Source: an uncultured Gammaproteobacteria bacterium (lineage in GTDB: Bacteria; Patescibacteriota; Patescibacteriia; CAIXNZ01). From it: 60,252 nt of DNA. The position numbers and the translations under genes were made by a program. Below the pieces are notes generated by a model that was given only the letters and a program-made list of their open reading frames with translations, searched no databases and had not been told where the DNA came from. The stretch is taken from contig CAYNWH010000007.1 of the NCBI GenBank assembly GCA_964400885.1, forward strand, positions 1 to 60,252, in the 5' to 3' direction. Of this stretch, positions 34,429 to 42,226 are shown one piece after another (within the stretch, counting starts at the first letter, position 1; each line of letters starts with the position of its first letter).

Positions 34429-35796
34429 ATGCTTAAAAAAACAATAACCTTCAGTTTTCTTCTTGTCCTTAGTTTCTATTTGCTGCTTTTTATTTCTGTG
34501 CCAATAATTTTGGCTCAAGCAGCACCGTCGCCTGCTCCGGCCCCAGCGCCAGCCCCAACTCCGGCGCCAACACCAGCTCCTAGTCCGGCTCCAGCACCCA
34601 GTGGTGCCAGCAGCACGTCTTCAGATATTATACTCAAGCTCCAGCAGCCTTTTGGCACTTTGGCCCAAGAATTAAATATCACCAGTGAAAGTATTGGCGT
34701 ATATATTAAAGCTATTTATGTTTTTGCTTCCACTGCCATAATTGTCATAGCAATTGTTGCAGTCATGGCCGGCGGTATCCAATGGCTTACTTCAGCTGGT
34801 AATCCGCAAAAAATCGGCCAGGCCAAAGATACTATTTTAAAAGCTTTACTGGGCTTATTTATTGCTATCTTTGCTGTTTTTATCCTGGAAACAGTCAGCC
34901 CCGGCACAGTCACTTTTAACCCGATTAATGTAGAGGTGATAACGCCCAATAACTGTTGCGAATATCTAGTCCCTGGGGAATCTAATAAGTCTTATGACTA
35001 TATGGAACAAAAAGAATGCAGTGATAAACAAGGAAAAATTGTTGACACTAGCAAATGCTTGGGAGTTGCCAATTTTAATGCAGAACAATTAGCTGCTCAA
35101 AGCTGCCACACTTGTTATAACGAAGCATGCGCAGATAGAAATTTAATAAACATAAGTCAACCCTGCCCCCAAGGACAGCATTGCTGTGGTTCAGCAGCTC
35201 CGAAACAGGCCTCAGACTGTATTTCAGGAAATATGACACCTAAAAATCAATGCGTATGCAGGAATACTAATGAATGCAAACCCAATGAATGGTGCTGGAA
35301 ATATGATTTACCAGGCGTTCCTGGCATATGCACCCCTAAAAAAAGCTCTGGCCAAAGCTGTGGAGATACACAAATAACTTTATTCACGGGAGCTCTTATA
35401 TATGATGTAATCGTAGCTGACAATTTCCAATGTATAAGTGGAATATGCGCAGAAATACAATTTAGAACAATAAGGGGCGGTACCGCGGTTACTGCACGTA
35501 AGGCTTGCATACCCCAGAGAAACCAGGGCGTGTCTGGCACCTGGCAAAATGGCAAACCAACAGGTGGAGAATATTGTAATCAGAGCTATCAATGTAAGGG
35601 CGGCTATTGCTATGCTGATCGCTATAATGGTTGGGAAGGAATGTGCTTACATGATCCTGTCCCTCCTGGACTCCCTTGTGATGAAAGAAAACTAGATGGT
35701 GCAACAATCGGAGATGCAGCATTATCAAATGCTCCTTGCGCAGGTGATGCTTGTGCCTCTCTCAAAAATGTAGGCAGTGGCAATTGTCCCTTCTAA
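34429..35796 (+). CDS. T4SS pilin (TrbC/VirB2-like) domain fused to a C-terminal cysteine-rich module
   Basis: Signal peptide, an (AP)n linker, then VAVMAGGIQWLTSAGNPQKIGQAKDTILKALLGLFIAIFAVFIL. This is the GG..W/Y.TS.G.P.K...AK..I...GL.I pattern of the pilin family seen in CPR T4SS loci. About 290 aa with 28 Cys (hand count) follow. Confidence 0.6.
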   Translation: MLKKTITFSFLLVLSFYLLLFISVPIILAQAAPSPAPAPAPAPTPAPTPAPSPAPAPSGASSTSSDIILKLQQPFGTLAQELNITSESIGVYIKAIYVFASTAIIVIAIVAVMAGGIQWLTSAGNPQKIGQAKDTILKALLGLFIAIFAVFILETVSPGTVTFNPINVEVITPNNCCEYLVPGESNKSYDYMEQKECSDKQGKIVDTSKCLGVANFNAEQLAAQSCHTCYNEACADRNLINISQPCPQGQHCCGSAAPKQASDCISGNMTPKNQCVCRNTNECKPNEWCWKYDLPGVPGICTPKKSSGQSCGDTQITLFTGALIYDVIVADNFQCISGICAEIQFRTIRGGTAVTARKACIPQRNQGVSGTWQNGKPTGGEYCNQSYQCKGGYCYADRYNGWEGMCLHDPVPPGLPCDERKLDGATIGDAALSNAPCAGDACASLKNVGSGNCPF

Positions 35797-35828
35797 AAAA
35801 TATCTTTTCATTTTAAAATTAAAATTAT

Positions 35829-35863
35829 ACGCCTAGTCTTTTTCATAAAGCTGGGCGTTTTTA
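35829..35863 (+). terminator. terminator after the pilin-fusion gene
   Basis: ACGCCTAG..CTGGGCGT + T5, with one mismatch. Confidence 0.5.
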
Positions 35864-35905
35864 TTTACCTTCAATAAATAATCTGCTAAGCTTAATATGA
35901 TAACT

Positions 35906-35974
35906 GAACCACGAAATTTTAACCACGAAAGCACACGAAATTTTCGTGCTTTTCGTGAATTATTTTCGTGGTTC
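35906..35974. repeat. 69-nt imperfect palindrome built from CACGAAA / TTTCGTG words
   Basis: Outer arms GAACCACGAAA (35906-16) and TTTCGTGGTTC (35964-74) are perfect. CACGAAA occurs 3 times and TTTCGTG 3 times. Confidence 0.8.
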
Positions 35975-36021
35975 CGTTAACAATAGATCTATGCCAAAAC
36001 AAGCAAAAACAAAAATATAAT

Positions 36022-36459
36022 ATGGCTCTATTTAATTTAAAAACAAATAAAAAAACAAGAAAATTTCTGCGCAAAAATATGACCAGAGCAGAAACTGTTT
36101 TATGGAGAGAATTGAGAAGAAAAAATCTGGGTTTCAAATTTCGAAGGCAATTTGGAGTCGGGCCATATATAATTGATTTTTATTGTCCGCAATTAAAATT
36201 AGCCATTGAATTAGATGGCGATGTTCATACGTTCAAATCAATACGTAAAAGAGACAAAATTAGGCAAAAATTTTTAGAGAGTAACGGTTTATATATTAAA
36301 AGATATTGGAATTCGGATATTTTAAATAATTTAGATTCGATAGTTGATAATATTTATAACACTTGTAGGCACTTATCTAAATTAAAGCCAAAGGAAAATC
36401 TTGAGCTACTTAAATCTCCACCTAAGATTAGGGGGAGATTACAGAGGGGGTTGGAATAA
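36022..36459 (+). CDS. DUF559 endonuclease-domain protein (Vsr-like fold)
   Basis: MTRAETVLWRELRRKNLGFKFRRQ...IIDFYCPQLKLAIELDGDVH, the classic DUF559 core. Start set to MALFNLK. Confidence 0.8.
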   Translation: MALFNLKTNKKTRKFLRKNMTRAETVLWRELRRKNLGFKFRRQFGVGPYIIDFYCPQLKLAIELDGDVHTFKSIRKRDKIRQKFLESNGLYIKRYWNSDILNNLDSIVDNIYNTCRHLSKLKPKENLELLKSPPKIRGRLQRGLE

Positions 36460-36512
36460 AAACCTCCCCTGAACCCCTCCTTGCTAAGGAGGGGCGATCG
36501 AGGACGATTCAT
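36425..36512. repeat. cluster of G-run and C-run arms at the DUF559 3' end
   Basis: GGGGGAG, GAGGGGG, CCTCCCC, CCCCTCC and GGAGGGG, including the perfect hairpin CCCCTCCTT-GC-TAAGGAGGGG. Confidence 0.7.
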
Positions 36513-36540
36513 AAAATAAAAACCATTAACTATAAATAAA

Positions 36541-37872
36541 ATGCCCAAACAACCTAAGACAATCTTTACCTGTTCCAAATGCGGAGCTCAATACCCCAAA
36601 TGGGTTGGCCGCTGTGCTGAATGTGGCGCCTGGGGCACAATCAATGAACAAATAACTAATGACCAATCACTAATAACTAAAATCAAGGTTGATAGAGATC
36701 AACTGGTTGATTTTCAGAAAACCAACCTGCCAGTTTTTGAACGCCTAAAAACTAATATTAACGAATTTGACCGCGTTTTAGGCAACGGTATTGTGATTGG
36801 CAGTTTAATTTTGCTGGGTGGCGAGCCTGGCATTGGCAAATCAACTTTGATTTTACAAATCTGCGACCAGATTAACTCCCCTATTTTTTATGTTTCTGGC
36901 GAAGAATCTGCCAGCCAGATCAAAATGAGAATAGACCGCTTAAAAATAAATTATAATAATTTAAAATTTCTGGCTGAGAATAATATTGAAAAAATCGTGG
37001 CTTTTGCTATAGAAGAAAAGCCAAGCTTGTTAATCATTGATTCTATCCAAACTCTTTATTCCTCGGAACTGCCGTCTGAAGCCGGCTCAATTAACCAAGT
37101 GCGCATTTGCACAGTCAAACTTTTGGAAATAGCCAAAAAATTCAATATCCCGATTATAATTATTGGTCATGTAACTAAAGACGGCCAAGTAGCCGGCCCT
37201 AAATCATTAGAACATCTTGTTGATGCAGTCTTATATTTAGAGGGATCAGCCAGAGATAATTTCCGCTTATTGCGCTGCGCTAAAAATCGTTTTGGCTCAA
37301 CTAATGAACTAGGTATTTTTGATATGACTGGCAATGGCCTTCAAGAAGTCAAAAATCCTTCTGAACTTTTCCTGCCCCATAACCAAGAACCGATTTCTGG
37401 TTCAGCTATTACCTGCATTATGGAAGGCACGCGGCAGTTTCTGATAGAGATCCAAGCCTTAGCTAGCAAGACTTTATTTGGCTATCCTCAAAGAAAAACA
37501 GCTGGTTTTGATTTAAACCGCTTGCAAATGTTAATTGCCGTCCTGATTAAAAGAGCTCAAATTCCATTAGTTAATCAGGACATTCATTTAAATGTTACTG
37601 GCGGTTTAAAAATCAATGAAACTGGCGCTGATTTAGCTGTTTGCCTGGCCATTATTTCTTCTCTGAAAAATAAAATCATAACGCCAGAAACTATAATCTT
37701 AGGCGAAGTTGGTTTGGGCGGCGAGATCAGGCCAGTTTACCAAATTGAAAAACGCATAGAAGAAGCCAGAAAAATGAATTTTAAAAAAATTATTGCACCC
37801 ATCATAAAAAACTCTGCCAAAGATTTAATTATGGTTAAAAATATTAATGAGGCAATTAAAGAAATATTTTAA
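36541..37872 (+). CDS. radA: DNA repair protein RadA
   Basis: CSKCGAQYPKWVGRCAECGAW zinc finger, GEPGIGKST Walker A, KNRFG motif and a Lon-protease-like C-domain. Confidence 0.95.
   Translation: MPKQPKTIFTCSKCGAQYPKWVGRCAECGAWGTINEQITNDQSLITKIKVDRDQLVDFQKTNLPVFERLKTNINEFDRVLGNGIVIGSLILLGGEPGIGKSTLILQICDQINSPIFYVSGEESASQIKMRIDRLKINYNNLKFLAENNIEKIVAFAIEEKPSLLIIDSIQTLYSSELPSEAGSINQVRICTVKLLEIAKKFNIPIIIIGHVTKDGQVAGPKSLEHLVDAVLYLEGSARDNFRLLRCAKNRFGSTNELGIFDMTGNGLQEVKNPSELFLPHNQEPISGSAITCIMEGTRQFLIEIQALASKTLFGYPQRKTAGFDLNRLQMLIAVLIKRAQIPLVNQDIHLNVTGGLKINETGADLAVCLAIISSLKNKIITPETIILGEVGLGGEIRPVYQIEKRIEEARKMNFKKIIAPIIKNSAKDLIMVKNINEAIKEIF
36655..36682 (+). repeat. heptamer word array embedded in frame in radA
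   Basis: ACTAATG ACCAATC ACTAATA ACTAAAA, encoding TNDQSLITK in the linker after the zinc finger. Confidence 0.7.
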
Positions 37873-37880
37873 GCGAATTT

Positions 37881-37917
37881 AAAAGCGCCCTTTTGTTATC
37901 TTGTTTGGGCGCTTTTT
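37881..37917. terminator. bidirectional terminator shared by radA and the 44-aa ORF
   Basis: AAAAGCGCCC...GGGCGCTTTTT. Confidence 0.6.
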
Positions 37918-37957
37918 GATGTAATGTTTTGGCTTTTAAACCCTGTAGAGATCCTCC

Positions 37958-38092
37958 TTATATCGACTGCCAAAGCAACAGTTCCAGCCTTACCATCTCT
38001 GCCATTTCTTGCCAGGTAATCAGGTTTTGCAAACCTGCTGAAAGCAATTCCATCAGCCTGGCGGTTTTTCCCCAAGTGAATCTTAACTTCAT
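37958..38092 (-). CDS. candidate 44-aa protein (MKLRFTWGKTARLMELLSAGLQNLITWQEMAEMVRLELLLWQSI), unknown function
   Basis: Not in the ORF track (under 60 aa). AAAGGAGGAC SD lies 5 nt before the ATG. TTGACA-16-TATAAT promoter at 38138-38165. Shares the bidirectional radA terminator. GC-richer than its flanks. Confidence 0.4.
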   Translation of the reverse strand: MKLRFTWGKTARLMELLSAGLQNLITWQEMAEMVRLELLLWQSI

Positions 38093-38137
38093 CTAGTCCT
38101 CCTTTTTTAAAGGCAACTCACTAGGAATATTATATTA

Positions 38138-38165
38138 ATTATACCCCATCTAAAATCTATGTCAA
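38138..38165 (-). promoter_or_regulatory. promoter TTGACA-16-TATAAT (44-aa ORF); the -35 box overlaps the mpg start codon
   Basis: Minus strand. Confidence 0.45.
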
Positions 38166-38803
38166 ACATGGCAAGGCTAAAGACTAAATTCTATCAGCAA
38201 AATACCTTTAAGCTGGCTCAAGCTTTATTAGGCAAATATATTGTTAGAAAATATAATAAAATAACTTTAATAGGCAAAATAGTAGAAACAGAAGCTTATT
38301 ATGGCCCGCATGATTTGGCTTCCCACGCTTCGCGTGGCCGTACGCCTAAGACTGAAATTATGTTTAAGCAGGCTGGTTTAGCTTATATTTATCTGATTTA
38401 TGGCATGTATTATTGTTTTAACATCTCCACGGAAAAAAAAGATTTTCCTGCTGCTATCTTAATCCGCGCTGTTGAACCCATTGCCGGCATTAATCAGATG
38501 ATACGAAATCGTTATCTAAAAAATAAAAAATTCAATCCCCTAATTACCACTTACCACTTACCACTTACCAAAATTGCCAATGGCCCTGGCAAATTCTGCC
38601 AAGCTTTTAAAATTGATAAAAATTTGAATAGTGAAAATTTAATTACCAGCAAAAAACTTTGGCTGGCAAAAAATTCACAAGAAAAAATCAAATCATTTCA
38701 AATAATCAAGACTAAAAGAATCGGTATTGATTATGCCGGTAAATATAAAAATAAACCCTGGCGTTTTTATCTCAAAAATAACACTTTTGTTTCTAAATTT
38801 TAA
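38159..38803 (+). CDS. mpg: DNA-3-methyladenine glycosylase (Mpg/AAG family)
   Basis: GKIVETEAYYGPHDLASHASRGRTPKTEIMF..GLAYIYLIYGMYYCFN matches the AAG-family core, and NGPGKFCQAF lies near the C-terminus. Confidence 0.85.
   Translation: MSNMARLKTKFYQQNTFKLAQALLGKYIVRKYNKITLIGKIVETEAYYGPHDLASHASRGRTPKTEIMFKQAGLAYIYLIYGMYYCFNISTEKKDFPAAILIRAVEPIAGINQMIRNRYLKNKKFNPLITTYHLPLTKIANGPGKFCQAFKIDKNLNSENLITSKKLWLAKNSQEKIKSFQIIKTKRIGIDYAGKYKNKPWRFYLKNNTFVSKF
38544..38571 (+). repeat. (TTACCAC)x3 + TTACCAA tandem heptamer inside mpg
   Basis: Read directly at 38544-38571. Encodes ..TTYHLPLTK.. Confidence 0.85.
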
Positions 38804-38820
38804 CTGCTCAAGTAATTTTT

Positions 38821-38861
38821 AAATATTCGTAGATTCGCAATTAATTTGTAGATTCGTATCA
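38821..38861 (-). repeat. 39-nt repeat family, copy C
   Basis: Minus strand reads TGATACGAATCTACAAATTAATTGCGAATCTACGAATATTT. The first 18 nt are identical to copy B with its 2-nt 5' flank. Follows a terminator. Confidence 0.7.
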
Positions 38862-38873
38862 TAATAAAAGAGC

Positions 38874-38905
38874 GGACATTTTGCAACGTCCGCCCCTCCC
38901 TGGTT
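38874..38905 (-). terminator. terminator after the DksA/TraR-like gene
   Basis: GCGGAC-GTTGCAAAAT-GTCCGC + TCTTTT on the minus strand. Confidence 0.55.
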
Positions 38906-38915
38906 TGAAAATATT

Positions 38916-39317
38916 TCAGGTCTGGTTGAAAACCAGCCCTCTTTTTTTGGCTCTTTCCTCGAGTTCGCACTGGCAACTGATACAATGCGTCGCTGTTGGC
39001 ACAATAAGCAGCCGTTTTTCCCCGATCGGCTCTTCGCAAGCTTGGCAAACGCCAAACTTGTTATGCTCAATGCGACGCAAGGCTGACTCTACGGCCCGAA
39101 GTTCCATGGCCAGGCGTTCCCTGTTCTGCAATGAGAGACTGACTTGAGCCTCTTTCAGGCAGTTGTCGCCCGTTTCCGGTTCTCCGCCGCAGCTACCAAC
39201 TTCCAGACCTAAAGCTCGTTCTAGTTCTTCCCTCCTTTCTGCCAGCTTTTGCCGGCATGCTTTAAGTTGTTGTTTCTTCAACGATCGCATACCTGTCCCG
39301 CTCCGCTTTCCACTCAT
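38916..39317 (-). CDS. DksA/TraR-family C4 zinc-finger protein
   Basis: CQACEEPIGEKRLLIVPTATHCISCQ (CxxC-x17-CxxC) after a coiled-coil-like N-region. GGAGGA SD, TTGACA-17-TATAAT promoter and its own terminator. GC-rich. Confidence 0.8.
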   Translation of the reverse strand: MSGKRSGTGMRSLKKQQLKACRQKLAERREELERALGLEVGSCGGEPETGDNCLKEAQVSLSLQNRERLAMELRAVESALRRIEHNKFGVCQACEEPIGEKRLLIVPTATHCISCQCELEERAKKRGLVFNQT

Positions 39318-39359
39318 GTCCTTTTTTTCCTCCTTATCTTAGCCTTAAAACACCTTTTT

Positions 39360-39388
39360 ATTATATTAAAACAATTTTTCTTTGTCAA
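39360..39388 (-). promoter_or_regulatory. promoter TTGACA-17-TATAAT (DksA/TraR-like gene)
   Basis: Consensus in both hexamers. Abuts the recG stop codon. Confidence 0.6.
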
Positions 39389-39398
39389 GCAAAAAAAA

Positions 39399-41468
39399 TC
39401 ATTCTAAATGGTCAATTAATTTATTTTTATCTAGCTTTGCTTCGAGCAAAGGAAAATCAGCCAGGCTATAATTTTCAAAAAAATTCACAGCTTCTTTTTT
39501 AGTCAAATTAATCAGCTCTAAATCATTTAAACTGGCAATTTTCAAATCAGGCAATCCAGACTGGCGCGTGCCATAAACTTCGCCTGGACCTCTGAATTTT
39601 AAATCATATTCAGCTAAAGCAAAACCATCTGCTGATTTAACTAAAGCATTTAATCTTTGGGTTGTTTTTGTGCTACTGTCATCAGTAAATAAAAAACAAT
39701 AAGACTGGTGTTCTCCCCTGCCGACTCGGCCGCGAAATTGGTGCAATTGAGCCAGGCCAAAACGTTCCGAGCCTTCAATCATCATTATTGTAGCATTAGG
39801 AATATCAATGCCAACTTCTATCACTGACGTAGATACCAAAATTTTAATTTTATTTGCCTTAAATTCTGACATTATTTTTTCTTTTTCTGCTGCTTTTAAC
39901 TTGCCATGCAATAGACCAATTTCAAATTCAGGAAAAATATTCTGATCAAGTTTTTTAAACTCTTCTTTAACTGATTTAACGCCTAATTTATCCGAAGGAT
40001 CAATTAATGGGCAAATCACAAATACCTGCTTGCCTTGATTAATTTCCTGCCTGATAAAATTATAAGCTTTTAGCCTGTCTTTTTCTGCCACTAGCCTGGT
40101 TATAATTTTTTTCCTGCCCCTCGGCATTTCTTTAATAATTGAAAGATCAAGATCACCATATAATATCAAGGCCAAAGAGCGAGGGATCGGCGTCGCTGTC
40201 ATAGAAAGAAAATGGGGCGTTTTTTTATTATTATTTTTTTCCTTAATTTTTTTACGCTGCTCTACGCCAAAACGATGCTGTTCATCAATTATAACCAAGC
40301 CCAAATTTTTATATTTAACATTATCCTGAATCAAAGCGTGCGTGCCAATAATTAAATTAATACTGCCATTTTTAATTTGTTCTAATATTTGTTTTTTATT
40401 GCTCATTGCTAACTGATCATTTTGTAATTGTTCGCTGCTAGTAAAAAGAGCAATATTAAAATTAAAATTGCTAAAAAAATCCCTTAAACTATTAAAATGC
40501 TGTTTGGCTAAAATTTCCGTCGGCGCCATTAACACTGTCTGGTAACCATTTAAAATAACATTTAAGATAGCTAAGGCAGCCACTACGGTTTTGCCAGAAC
40601 CAACATCTCCTTCCAGCAGCCTATTCATTGGTTTTTCTTTTTCCAGATCTAAAAGTATTTGCCAGGCTGATTTTTTTTGGTCAGCAGTTAAACTAAAAGG
40701 TAAAACAGCGACAAATTTTTTAATTTCTGCTTCCCTAAATTTTATTTGCGGCGCTTTAACTTTGGCTAGATAATCTTTTAACCTTTGGCTTTGTAATTGA
40801 ATCAAAAAAAACTCATTAAATTTCAAACGATAACGAGCTTTTTCTAATTTTACAAAACTAGTAGGAAAATGTATTTCCTGCAAAGCCTGGGCTATTGATA
40901 TTAATTTATTATTTTTGATAATTTCCTTGGGTAGCCATTCAGCAATCTGCCTGACTGATTTTAAAGCTATATCAATTAAAAATCGCAGCTGCTTTTGGGT
41001 TAATCTGCCTGTTAAAGAATAAATCGGCACTATTTTGCCTGTGTTTAAACCGGCTTGGCTGCTATTTTTTTCATAAGAGGGTGAAACAAATTGCAGTCCT
41101 AAATTATCAAAAGTAACACGTCCGGCAATGAAAATCTCATCGCCAGCTTTTAAATTCTTTATCAAAAACGGCTGATTGAACCAAATCACTTTAATTGACC
41201 CGGTTTCATCTTCAAGCAGAGCTTCAGTGATAGTCATTCTTTTTTTAAAACTGCGCCGATTGCTAATTAGAATTATTTTTCCTTTTATTGTCACAATCTG
41301 ATTCGGTAAAAGATCTTTTACTTTTACAACTTGGCTAAAATCATCATAACGAAAAGGAAAATAATCAATTAAATCTGAAACTCTATCAATGCCGATTTTA
41401 TGTAATAACTTAGCTGTTGTTTTCCCAACGCTAGTCAAATTTTCAACTGGCATCTCTAATAAATACAT
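39399..41468 (-). CDS. recG: ATP-dependent DNA helicase RecG
   Basis: N-terminal wedge/OB domain, GDVGSGKT Walker A, DEQHRFG motif II and QLHQFRGRVGRG motif VI. Confidence 0.95.
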   Translation of the reverse strand: MYLLEMPVENLTSVGKTTAKLLHKIGIDRVSDLIDYFPFRYDDFSQVVKVKDLLPNQIVTIKGKIILISNRRSFKKRMTITEALLEDETGSIKVIWFNQPFLIKNLKAGDEIFIAGRVTFDNLGLQFVSPSYEKNSSQAGLNTGKIVPIYSLTGRLTQKQLRFLIDIALKSVRQIAEWLPKEIIKNNKLISIAQALQEIHFPTSFVKLEKARYRLKFNEFFLIQLQSQRLKDYLAKVKAPQIKFREAEIKKFVAVLPFSLTADQKKSAWQILLDLEKEKPMNRLLEGDVGSGKTVVAALAILNVILNGYQTVLMAPTEILAKQHFNSLRDFFSNFNFNIALFTSSEQLQNDQLAMSNKKQILEQIKNGSINLIIGTHALIQDNVKYKNLGLVIIDEQHRFGVEQRKKIKEKNNNKKTPHFLSMTATPIPRSLALILYGDLDLSIIKEMPRGRKKIITRLVAEKDRLKAYNFIRQEINQGKQVFVICPLIDPSDKLGVKSVKEEFKKLDQNIFPEFEIGLLHGKLKAAEKEKIMSEFKANKIKILVSTSVIEVGIDIPNATIMMIEGSERFGLAQLHQFRGRVGRGEHQSYCFLFTDDSSTKTTQRLNALVKSADGFALAEYDLKFRGPGEVYGTRQSGLPDLKIASLNDLELINLTKKEAVNFFENYSLADFPLLEAKLDKNKLIDHLE

Positions 41469-41523
41469 AAAATTTTTAAATTTAAAATTCTCTTGATCAT
41501 TACTCAGTACTCACGCTGATATG

Positions 41524-41595
41524 TGCCCTCGGCAGGAATCGAACCTGCATTACGAGATCCGCAATCTCGCGTTCTATCCATTGAACTACGAGGAC
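41524..41595 (-). tRNA. tRNA-Arg (anticodon GCG), no encoded CCA
   Basis: Hand-folded. Acceptor GTCCTCG/CGAGGGC, D arm GTTC..GAAC, anticodon arm CGAGA-TTGCGGA-TCTCG, T arm GCAGG-TTCGATT-CCTGC, discriminator A. Confidence 0.75.
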
Positions 41596-41668
41596 GTGAT
41601 TTAATTTTCAATTCTCAATTTTCAGTGTTTTAAAATTTGGTTATTGATGCTTAATTATTAAGATTATA

Positions 41669-41695
41669 ACAAAAGGAGATATCTGCTATCTCCTC
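41669..41695 (-). terminator. terminator after 41723-42226
   Basis: GGAGATA-GCAGA-TATCTCC + TTTT on the minus strand. Confidence 0.55.
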
Positions 41696-41722
41696 TTAAA
41701 TAATATATTATTTCAAAAAATT

Positions 41723-42226
41723 TTACAACTTTAAAATTGTTTCTAACTGGTCATCAATACTTTGATATTCACGCTCAAGATCTTCATCAATATATCCTAA
41801 AAGTTTTTTTCTAATTATTAAAGGATTCATATCATTCAAAGGGATAGAAAGATCAGGGCTCAAACCTTTTAAACTGAAAAATATTTTTTTTACAACAGGA
41901 GGGCTATAAATTATGTAAAAATTTTTCATCTGGTTATATTCATAAAATTTACCGCCAACCAATATGCCCTCATCTGTTATTTTAAATTTCAATTCTTGGG
42001 GCTGGGCATAAGCTCTCAAAAAAACTATAAAAATTGCTATGATAACAATCAAGGCAAAAAGAAAATTAGCCGTAATAATACTATAAATGATTAAAGCAAT
42101 AGCTAAAACTAACATTAAAATGTACCAGCGTTTAGTTCTTTTGGGCTGAATATATTCTGGTATTTTCCACTCAAAATAAACTTCACCAATTCCGATTTCT
42201 TCTTTTTTAATTGGATCTTGAGGCAT
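41723..42226 (-). CDS. membrane protein (167 aa), unknown function
   Basis: Two adjacent TM segments after a short N-terminus, then a soluble C-domain. Terminator hairpin at 41669-41695. Confidence 0.5.
   Translation of the reverse strand: MPQDPIKKEEIGIGEVYFEWKIPEYIQPKRTKRWYILMLVLAIALIIYSIITANFLFALIVIIAIFIVFLRAYAQPQELKFKITDEGILVGGKFYEYNQMKNFYIIYSPPVVKKIFFSLKGLSPDLSIPLNDMNPLIIRKKLLGYIDEDLEREYQSIDDQLETILKL

Noticed and set aside
38800-39147. ORFs 38800-39048 (-), 38819-39070 (-) and 38881-39147 (+).
   Set aside because: They overlap the DksA/TraR-like gene and its terminator and repeat region, have no motifs, and are GC-driven shadow frames.
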